64,000 nt of DNA from Eledone cirrhosa (taxonomy: Eukaryota), in contig OZ024743.1 of assembly GCA_964016885.1 (NCBI GenBank), positions 366,482,001 to 366,546,000 of the forward strand, written 5' to 3'. A model generated the notes under the pieces. The model was given only the letters and a program-made list of their open reading frames with translations. It made no database searches and had not been told where the DNA came from. Every line of letters starts with the position of its first letter. The first letter of the stretch is position 1. A program made the translations under genes and the position numbers. Positions 53,681 through 64,000 of this stretch are shown in pieces.

Positions 53681-56600
53681 GTATTTGTTTGTCTTTCTAC
53701 AATTCTAAATAATATTCCTGCAACCATTTTGGCCGAAAAAAAGAAATTATGCCAGGTTAAATTAGGGATTGCCCTCTCTCTCTCTTGGCCTGCTGAAATC
53801 GCCTCTCACCCCCTCACTCTCTCTATCATATACGCTGGTCTCACACTCCTCCTCACTCCTTGCCAACCAAATATAAATAAGCCATGCTACAGGGGACTAA
53901 ACCCAGAATTTGTCTCCTAACGAAATGTAACGTACATATCCATTTCTTCTCAACTCTCCACATTCGGTTCATTCATCTATATATCTTACAATCCCCCAGA
54001 ATCAAAATCGTATTCAAAATTGGCTTTCTATAATTCTGTTCTTTCTCACCGTTGTTCTAAAAATAATTCTGCTCCTCGCAAACTACCCCATACCCCTCCC
54101 TCCCGCCCCCACTCTCCACCTTATTATTTGGACCAATCACAAGTAAAGGACCTATGCTTGCTCTTCTGGTTGCTTTTTCGATATGATGGATGAACTAGGG
54201 AATTTCTGGAGAGTCATAAGAATCTGGACACCCAAAGACAATGCAAAAGATAACGACAAATTCACCTCATGCTGCCGGACGAAAGGGCAAAGCCCCACCC
54301 TCTTTGTTGCGGCCGCGGATGGCCAACATAACCCCAACCCCATCAAACACACCCCTCCCTGCACCCCACCCACCAAACGCAATCCAAAACTTCAGAGTTG
54401 GTACCATGAATGTAGGGACCTTAAAAGGCCTCTCAAACGAGGTTGTAGAAATGCTTGAACGTAAGGAGGTTGATGTCTGCTGCATCCAAGAGACCAGGTG
54501 GAGGGGCGGGTCTGCTAGATTCATTGTGGGTAAAAAACGATGCTATAAGCTTTTCTGGGTGGGAAATGACAATGGGCTGGGTGGGGTAGGAATCATGTTA
54601 GCAGAAAAGTGGGCAGATAAGATAATAGACGTAAATAGAGTGAACGACAGAATAATTAAAATAAGACTTGTCCTCAATAAAACTACGGTGACAGTAATAT
54701 CTGCGTACGCACCCAATCCGGACTGCTCGGCGCTATAAAAGACAGATTCTACGAGACACTGATGCTCGCTACCTCCCAAATAACCGACAGTGACTATATA
54801 ATTATCGCAGGCGACCTAAATGGTCACGTTGAACAACATTGTGACGGCTATGACGGAATCCATGGAGGCTACGGGTTCGGTACTAGAAATGAGGAAGGCT
54901 CCAGAATCCTGGAATTCTGCGACGCAAATAACTTAACTATCTGTAACACTAACTTCAAAAAACGAGACAATCGCTTGATCACCTATAGATCGGGGGAACG
55001 CACAAGCTAGGTAGATTATATCCTTACCAGAAGACGTGACAGAGTGTCTGTTGTTAACACTAAATCCCTCCCCCATGAAGAATTCACCTCCCAACATAGA
55101 CTGATAATTAGCGACCTCATAGTCAGGACGAGACGTACTAGACAGCGGAAGAGGACTATCCTCAGGAGAAAAATATGGAAGCTAAAGGACCCCATAGCCA
55201 GAAATAAATTTCAAAGCATATTACTTGACGCTTTCGACAGTAAGGAAGAGCAATTAGAGTCGTATAATATAGAGGAACAGTGGGAATTCCTGAGAGCAAA
55301 CCTGCTGACGGCGGCAGACAAAGTCTGTGGCTGGAGCAGGCCTGTAGGTAGGAGGAGAGTAACGTGGTGGTGGAACAGTAAGGTGGAGGAGTCAATTAAG
55401 GCCAAAAAGCAGGCTTGGAAAGTATGGCGGGATGGGGGAAGCAGAGAAGACTATCAAGTGGCCAGGAGGGAAGCTAGGAGACAAGTGTACTTCGCAAGAA
55501 GGGAAGCAGAGGAAAGAAAGTTCAAGCATGTTCTACAACGTGAGGACCAAAAACGTGAGGTGTTCAGGATTGCCAGGCAATGTGTCAAGGAAAACCGTGA
55601 TATTGTCGGGGAGAAGTGTGTACTTAACGATGATGGCATACTTGCCATCACCGATGCTGATAAGAAGGTAGCTTGGAAGTGTCACTACGAAAGGCTTCTA
55701 AATGAGGAGAACAAATGGGAGAAAGACAGTCTCCCCCACATCGACCCAATAGAGGGACCAGCAGTGTTAGTCCAGGGTAGTACAATAAGCAAGGCAATCA
55801 AAGATATGAAGACGGGTAAGGCGGCTGGTCCTTCGGAAATAGTTGCTGAGATGCTGAAGGCATCTGATTCGGTGGGACACACCATAGTCACCCGGATAGT
55901 TAACCAAGTCGTACAGAATGGGGTTGTTCCGAAGGACTGGCGTAGCAGCATCATCGTTAACTGCTATAAGGGAAAAGGAGATGCCCTAGATAGGATTAAC
56001 TCTAGAGGCATTAAATTAATCGACCAGGTCATGAAGGTCACGGAAAAAGTAATAGCGCAACTAATCAGAGAGAGAATTGATCTAGATGAAATGCAGTTCG
56101 GGTTTGTGTCAGGCAAAAGTACCACAGACGCTCTTTTCATTGTTCGACAACTACAGGAGAAGTACCTAGCTAAAAGTAAACCCCTATACTTAGCTTTCGT
56201 CGACTTGGAGAAAGCCTTCGACAGAGTCCCCCGTTCCATTATCTGGTGGTCTCTTAGAAAACTAGGTGTTGACGAATGGCTTGTGAGAGCTATACAAGCC
56301 ATGTATAAAGAAACAGTCAGTAAGGTTAGAATTAACAACGAATATAGTGAAGAGTTTAGCGTAAAAGTTGGTGTCCATCAGGGCTCTGTTCTTAGCCCCC
56401 TACTATTTATTATTGCCCTTCAGGCTATAACAGAGGAGTTCAAGACCGGCTGCCCATGGGAACTCCTATACGCAGATGATCTAACGCTCATAGCTGAATC
56501 AATGACCGAACTAGAGAAGAAATTCCAAACATGGAAGCACGGCCTAGAATCAAAAGGCCTTAAAATTAACCTGGCTAAGACTAAAGTTCTAGTTTGTAGG

Positions 56601-57926
56601 AAAGAAAATAAGGCGGCGGTCCCATCTGGGAAATGGCCATGCTCAGTGTGTAGGAAAGGCGTAGGTAGAAACTCCATTTTATGTCCCAAATGCAAAGTAT
56701 GGGTGCATAAAAGATGTAGTGGGATCACAGGTAAGCTAACTAAGAACATAGATTTTACATGTGGCCGGTGCTCTGGTGCAATAAGTAGCAGCAAGTGCCC
56801 ACAAAATACTAGCTCCTTCAACTGCGCAGAGGGTTCTATAGAAATAGTGGACAGCTTCCGTTACCTGGGTGACAAAATCAGCAGTGGGGGAGGGTGCTCT
56901 GAAAGTACAGTAGCTAGAGTCAGAACTGGATGGAAAAAGTTCAGAGAGCTTATACCACTATTAGCCGCTAGAGGGTTCTCCCTAAAAATGAAAGGCAGGT
57001 TATACGATGCCTGCATACGAACAGCAATGCTGCATGGCAGTGAGACCTGGGCATTGTGTGCAGAGGATATACGCAGACTAGAGAGGAACGAAGCTTGCAT
57101 GCTCCGCTGGATGTGCAATAGTAATATACGTGAACGGCAAAGCATAAACGAACTAAGGAAAAAATTAGAAATAAGAGGGATCAGATGTTGTTTACTCGAG
57201 AGAAGGCTACGTTGGTACGGTCACGTGATGCGCATGAAAGACAACAGCTGTATAACAAAGTGCAGGGCAATAAAGATAGACGGTAGCCACGGAGTAGGCA
57301 GACCCAGAAAAACATGGGACGAGCTGATAAATTCCGACCTCACACGCTTACACCTCTCCAAGACAATGTCACTGGACCGAGACCTTTGGCGGTACTCAGT
57401 AATAGAGAGGACCCGCCTTACCTAAATACAAAGTAAAAACCTACTACAGTCAGTAGGCATCTCTATCAACCCCCGTCCCACCACCTCCACCCCATCCACA
57501 CCGCCCCTTTCAATGTAAAGTTATGTTGGTCCCACAACATCCAGGCCGAAACAAATGAGATCGTGTAGGTGTCACGACAAAAAAAATACACAGTCCACGC
57601 TGTAAATGTGGCCGTGTAGGCAACACGGTAAAAACCTCCCAGCCCCACACTGTAAATGTGGTTGGTGTTAGGAAGGGCATCCAGCTGTAGAAAACCCGCC
57701 AGACAGTCCACGCTGTAATGTGGCCGTGTAGGCAACACGGTAAAAACCTCCCAGCCCCACACTGTAAATGTGGTTGGTGTTAGGAAGGGCATCCAATTGT
57801 AGAAAACCCGCCAGACAGTCCTATGCGAGCAAGACAACCATTCTTGCCTCAAGTGGGAAAACCCCCGTCCAAACCCATGCAAGCGTGGAACACGGACGCT
57901 AAACCTGATGATGATGATGATGATGA
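53681..57926 (+). mobile_element. RTE family B, full-length, with variant 5' end; frameshift and stop
   Basis: ORFs 54241-54738, 54762-55010 and 55044-57425; -1 C at about 54712; CAG>TAG at 55008; duplicated 3' UTR unit; (GAT)n tail. Confidence 0.96.
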
Positions 57927-58198
57927 TATATATATATATATATATATATAAGTGGTTGGGGATAAGAAGGGTATCCAGTCATAGAAATCTTGCCAAACAA
58001 AGGGTTGAGAAGACTTTCAGTTGGGTCAAAGGCTTAACAACCTCTCCTGCGCACTCAATGGAACATGAGACGATACATAAGCACACCGGTCCCTGGCCTG
58101 CTGGGGAGATTAGTGATTTCGCTTCATTACTGACTTGAACTATATGGACCCGTCCAACCCTTGCTAGCAGAGATAGCAGAAGTTAAAATGACAATGAT

Positions 58199-58628
58199 GA
58201 TGGCTTAGTGGTTAGAGCATTGGGCTTGCAATCGAAAGGTTGTGAGTTCAACACTCGGATCGGGTGATGTGTTGTTTCCTTGAACAAGACACTTTATTTC
58301 ACATTGCTCCAGTTTACTCAGCTGTAGAAATGAGATAATAGGACTAGGGTCCCTATCATTCCACTGCAAAGTGATCGTGGAGGTGCCACGGCAAAACAGC
58401 AACCAGCCCACACTGTAAAGTGGACGTGGAGGCGCCATGAAAAAAAAGCACCCAGCACTCACTGTAAATGAGGTTGATGTTAGGAAGGGCATCCAGCTGT
58501 AGAAATGAAGCCAGAATCAGTTCCCGTATGAGCAAGGCATGGTCAGCCGCCCGGACACTGCCCACAACAGGACAGCCCGTCTAACCCATGCTAGCGTGGA
58601 AGAACAGGCATAAAATGGTGATGATGAT
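58199..58628 (+). mobile_element. SINE family 2 with full RTE-A-type 3' tail
   Basis: head and CORE as at 21804; 58360-58628 parallels the reverse complement of 41544-41815. Confidence 0.88.
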
Positions 58629-58792
58629 ATACATTTATTTGCCACAATACCAGAATTATTCAACTATTATTATAGTTCATAAGATAACTGAATATATCTC
58701 AATGTGTGCATGTATGTTTATATATATATAGGCGGACTGACAGATTATATCATGACTCTTATTTACACTCATCTTTTTTTCTTTTTTCACAG

Positions 58793-58960
58793 TGGATGGA
58801 CAATGGTCTGCTTGGTCCCAGTGGATGCAATGTCGAATTGTTGGACCTGATCGTCTTGGAGATGACTGCTGGTGTCGCACCCGTGCTTGTGACAACCCAG
58901 TGCCTCGGCTGGGTGGCACAGATTGTGTTGGTGACACTGTTGAGGTGTCCAACTGTACCA
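58793..58960 (+). CDS. Sema5: Semaphorin-5-like coding exon (first TSP1 repeat), phase 1-1
   Basis: cacag|...A|gtaagt; VDGQWSAWSQWMQC...CWCRTRACDNPVPRLGGTDCVGDTVEVSNCT; TSP1 following PSI defines class 5. Confidence 0.95.
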
Positions 58961-59489
58961 GTAAGTACAGATAAAAATTCCTGCATATTAGTGGATGCTC
59001 AAATACACACATGTATATATCTAAATATACATGATGCATACTTAGACAGACATATATATGCATACACACATCTGAATATGCACTCTTAGACCTGCACACA
59101 TACACATATCTTAATATATATCTATGCATTCCTGGAGACACATAGAGACATACACATATATACACACACACAAACGTATATCACAATATACATACATGCA
59201 CTGATGGACACAAACATATACTTCCAGACTTATATATGTATACATAAATATGTACATACTTATTGTACATATATTCGTTCCATCCTTTTAGGGTCGATAA
59301 AGAAAGTACCAGCTCAGTGGTGGTGGTGCAGCTTCCTTTCTTTCCAGCTGTCACATTGTAGATGTTTCACTGGCTCAAAGGAGATTTCATGAGTGTGCTT
59401 GTGTCTACTTGCCACTGCATATGCACTTAAAGCCCTTAGTGAGAGCCTGATACATACTACCTTGTCAAACTTCATTGAGTTATGGCTGT

Positions 59490-59531
<42 letters not shown>

Positions 59532-59561
59532 AAATCAAAAGATGGTTAAATGAGTTCCATG

Positions 59562-59632
59562 TATTTTATTATGCGCATTTCAAAAACAAATATCATCATG
59601 CAATAACATTTGTGTTTTCATCAGATAAAATA
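59562..59632 (-). ncRNA. Minimal type I hammerhead ribozyme (antisense copy)
   Basis: reverse complement of 59709-59779. Confidence 0.8.
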
Positions 59633-59708
59633 GGAGGACATGATATGAAGGTTAAAAACACTTGTGGATAGTGCAGTTTTAAATCAACATATGTTGATTT
59701 AAAACTGC

Positions 59709-59779
59709 TATTTTATCTGATGAAAACACAAATGTTATTGCATGATGATATTTGTTTTTGAAATGCGCATAATAAAATA
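59709..59779 (+). ncRNA. Minimal type I hammerhead ribozyme (sense to the host gene)
   Basis: tattttat-CTGATGA-stem II-GAAA-tgcgca-TA-ataaaata: 8-bp stem I, palindromic loop III. Confidence 0.85.
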
Positions 59780-59902
59780 CATGGAACTCATTTAACCATC
59801 TTTTGATCTTATATATTATGTATACTCCAGTCCTACAAACTGTAGAGTGCTTCTTATCCGATATCTGCATTGCTTTATTGTACTACAATAAAACTCACCT
59901 CC

Positions 59903-59955
<53 letters not shown>

Positions 59956-60186
59956 GTGTGTGTGTATGTATATGTATAAATATATGTGTACAAATGTATA
60001 TATGTATATAAATATATAATTTTATAATAATATTTTGCAATTTGATCTAGATCTACAAAACCAAATTATAAAATCATAACATTATGAAATTAAATCAAAT
60101 TGTTTAGAACTACAAGGAAGTCATTCTTTTCCTTTTTTTAAATATACCTAACTGTACCACGGATTTCATACATTTTCCAATATATA

Positions 60187-60507
60187 TCATCATCATTTCA
60201 TTTTATGTCCACTTTTTCCCTGCTTGCAAGGGTGGGACGGGAACTGGTTCTGGCTTGATTTCTACAGCTGGATGCCCTTCCTAACACCAACCTCATTTAC
60301 AGTGAGTGCTGGGTGCTTTTTTGCCGTGGCACCTCCACGACCACTTTGCAGTGGAATGATATGGACCCCAGTCCCTCTCATCTCATTTGGAGCAATGTGA
60401 AATAAAGTGTCTTGCTCAAGGAAACAACACATCACCTGGTCTGAGAATTGAACTCACAACCTTTCGATTACAAGGCCAATGCTCTAACCATTAAGCCATG
60501 TGCCTCC
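60187..60507 (-). mobile_element. SINE family 2 copy (short chimeric tail)
   Basis: reverse complement of 21804-22143 with a small CORE deletion. Confidence 0.88.
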
Positions 60508-61029
60508 ATATATATATATATATATATTTACATATGTATACATTCGTACATATTTATGTATACAACATGGGCAGAGAACTTTTGGGGCATCTATTATGAA
60601 ACTGTTGATGAATTCAAATCTGCACAAGCGCTAACAGAGGCACATGCACACACATAGACATACACACACACATATACATGTTAAAACATGAATACATATG
60701 CAACACACATGAAGTAGGAAATATCACCATCAGTTTTCAATACTATACAAAATTTCACATATAAATGCATACACTTATCCACCCACAAGCACTTGCACAT
60801 GTTAAAACACATATTCAACAAATAGGAAATAAAAAATATTCAATCAGATTTCAGTGCTATAGAAAATTCCACATATTCATGCATAATACTTTCACTTTCA
60901 TCCACTAGCACACAAACATACATGCACCCATCCACCCACATACACACATGCAAACACAACATTCAAATATAATCATACTTGCACATTACCTTTTACATCT
61001 TAAAAACATCAATAGTGCTATTATCACTG

Positions 61030-61390
61030 CCTTCATCATCACCATTTTACGTCCGCTTTTCCCTGCTTGCAATGGTGGGATGGGTCCTATTCAGCACAGC
61101 ATCTCTCCACTTGTCACAGTCCTTTGTCATCTCCTCCGTGAGTTTCAGAGATCTGAAGTCTGCTCTCACCACCTCCGCCCATGTTTTTCGTGGTCTTCCT
61201 CTACTGCGTCTTCTTTCTACTGGGATTTCTTGGCACTTCTTTACCCAGCGGTTATCCTCCATGCGCATCACATGTCCATACCATCTCAGTGTTCTCTCCT
61301 GCACACCACAACTTATCCCTCTTATACCCAGTTTCTCTCTCAACTCATCTATGCTTGGTCGTTCACGCACATTGACATTGCACATTCATT
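61030..61390 (-). mobile_element. RTE family C 3' fragment
   Basis: ORF 61047-61385 ...LRWYGHVMRM...[11 protein letters not shown]...RTHPTIASREKRT*; stop lies almost at the tail. Confidence 0.88.
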
Positions 61391-62755
61391 TATCTTATTC
61401 ACACTACTGCAGGTATATCATCCACCTCCTCATATACTCTACTCTATTGCTCCACCTGGTTGCAAGAATAAGCCTGATTGTTGTTGAAGTTGACAGGATG
61501 TCTAGTTGTATAAGCACAAGAATGAATGTTTAGTCTAAAAGATTTACTTGTGTTTCTTGATGTCAGTGTTTCAAAAATCACACAATTATGATGGGTTTAG
61601 CATTCCTTTTGACATGTTTTGCGTTTTAGCTGCAAGAACTAATCCAATGGCAGGTGAAGTTTGCAAGGAAACTTGCTGAAAGATTCATTGAAACATTCAA
61701 CTGGTGTTTTCAGACGATTTTCTTTGCTAAGGCAGGAGTTAGTCTTGTGAGTCCTTGGACAAGCTTCCCTATTTTGTCATATTCTCTACATTGTCCATCA
61801 CCAAGCCCCTAGCTTTCATTTCCTTTTCCACAATCTTTAGCCATATCTTTATTGGTCTTTCTCTATTTCATTCCACTTCATTCCCTTTACTCAACACACC
61901 ACCTAACCAACCCATTCCATTTTTCTTCACAACATTCATCACTGGCTCTATTTCTTTGCATCATGAAAATTAAAATTTCAATTTAAAATGGTGGGCAATC
62001 TGGTAGTATACTTTCTTACCTTGATGTTGTCATCTTGTAAATTATCACTAACATTTATTTATAGTAGATACAGGCATGGCTGAATACTTAAGAAGTTTTG
62101 CTATAAAGCATCTTGAATGAGCAGAATTATAATAGAAGTTTAAGACTTTGCTTGTGTATCCTTATTTATGACTGAGATAATATTTATTATAGATATGGTT
62201 TACTTAGATAAAATTGGAGAAAAAACATTCAGTTTTCCTATACAATATTTTTAATGAAGTACATTACCTATTATTTTCAAATAATTCTAAAAGTAATCAA
62301 GAATTTGGAAGGATTTAGAAATTTAACTAATTTTACATTAAGCTGATCTTGGGACATAGATTCTTAAATTAAATTGTTTGAAGGTGTTTAAAACAAACAA
62401 GCATTGTATCATAACCAAATGCGTTTTCAAGCAGTTTGATATGAAAAGTATGAAGATAAAAAAGAAATGAATTATATTCTATGCAGCAACAATGTTCATG
62501 ACACTTTTATGTTGCCTTAGATTGAGAGATAAGTAAGATTAGGTAAGATGGATGAAACCAATGTTTCAAGCTGAAATATTCTAGATATTCTGCCTGACTG
62601 TAATGGACAGAATAGGAGTTATAGAGGTATCCAATTTGGGAGGGAGGGAGAGTCTTAATAAAAGGGTTTAGTAAAAGATAAGCAGTGAAGCAGGAGATAA
62701 AGTGAAAGTAGTGCTTTGAGAATAAGTAAAAAAAAAATTATTTGTGTTGTTATCT

Positions 62756-62844
<89 letters not shown>

Positions 62845-62980
62845 TTGTGTGTATATATATATATACACACAAATGGAAGTTTAGTAAAATCGAAGTTTTG
62901 GCTGTGGCCAAGCTAACGATATAGAATTAGGAATGTGCAGCAAAGCACTCGATAAGGTTGGGTTACCTTAGAGTAATAAC

Positions 62981-63054
62981 TGTTTCTACGTTAGTGTATT
63001 ACTGGTACTTTATTTTATTGACCCCGTAAGGATGAAAGGCAAAGTTAACCTCGG
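62981..63054 (-). mobile_element. 5'-truncated SINE family 1 copy
   Basis: ctggtactttattttattgaccccgtaaggatgaaaggcaaagttaacctcgg; gagtaataac repeated on both sides. Confidence 0.75.
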
Positions 63055-63177
63055 AGTAATAACAAAGTTAACCTTAGAGTAATAACATACGTTAGAAAGC
63101 TTGACAATTGAAAACTGCAGCAGGCAAGCCCAGTCACATAATACCAAAGCAACGAAAAAAACCAATCAGGTCAGATA

Positions 63178-63232
<55 letters not shown>

Positions 63233-64000
63233 ATTTAACTTATTTTGATTACCTAAGAGTAGAACTGGTGGTTCTGGTTAGCAAATCATGATGTAACAAA
63301 TCAATCAAAGCACTCAACATTATGGAAGTCATCCATCATGGATGTGGTATCTCGTGGTTGATGCTGGAACAGAGTAAAGTATTTATAAAATAACAACAGA
63401 AGGCCAAACTAGAAGAAGATATGCTTTAAAATTTTAATTCCGTGAAATCACTATACATACTTCAATGGCCCAGCACCATCATCCAAATATGATGCAAGAC
63501 AGGATGATCTCATCAGGTAACTTCGGCAGAATTACATGACAAGGTTATGTTGAACCCGAACTTATGGAAGATAGGGAAAAGAGAATAGGAAATTGAAAAA
63601 TTAAAATTTGACCCAGGGAGTGACTAAAAAAACTGTTGTAGTTGAAAAGACAGCCCCCAGTAGATTAGATGAGTTGAAAATACAACCTTATAAGGTAGAC
63701 AGATATTCAAAGTGCGAATGTGATTTTATTATCCACAGTACTGGGATCAATTTAACTAACTTTCCACATCCTCCAAAATGTTAGCCTTATGCCTATGTTA
63801 AAAACCATTATTATTACTCTGCTGAAAAAAAAAGCCTTTAAATACATACACACATATACTGAAACATACATATACACACAAATACACATACAGTCATAAA
63901 CAGGCAGACATACAAATTAATACATGTTTTAAAATCCCTGTTTTGCTAGTCCTTGAAAACTGATTCTAAAGAATGACTACTAGAATTACACTGTTAGCAA

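Larger units (their letters stand above)
59521..59905. mobile_element. Inverted PLE pseudo-LTR pair; same family as 1670-3578
   Basis: central perfect palindrome 59673-59708; arms mirror each other; right arm carries an about 85-bp tail; (TA)n flanks. Confidence 0.85.

Noticed and set aside
58961-64000. Next TSP1 exon of the semaphorin
   Set aside because: No WxxWxxW..C reading frame with splice sites was found; it presumably lies beyond the window.

Overview
AT-rich animal genomic DNA; the SINE/RTE repertoire and long (TA)n arrays suggest an octopod cephalopod (inference). The host gene is a + strand class-5 semaphorin. Eleven GT-AG exons (821-58960) splice into one open frame of 488 codons covering most of the Sema domain, the PSI domain and the first TSP1 repeat; both ends of the gene lie outside the window. 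Introns are packed with retroelements, most of them bounded by (TA)n. There are at least four RTE-clade LINE families, including one intact 1039-aa APE-RT ORF with an embedded PHD-type finger and a 3.3-kb higher-order tandem array at its 5' end. There are also many Penelope-like (PLE) remnants with minimal hammerhead ribozymes and inverted two-ended structure, two tRNA-derived SINE families, a bipartite non-autonomous RTE, and hAT, Tc2/pogo and Helitron-like non-autonomous elements. The intron 28828-58792 (about 30 kb) is almost entirely a LINE pile-up. The most unusual observations are a tRNA-like/Pol III cassette with Penelope-type termini, the nested tandem array heading the intact RTE, and one SINE head carrying two different RTE tails. 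All calls were made by eye; no searches were run.
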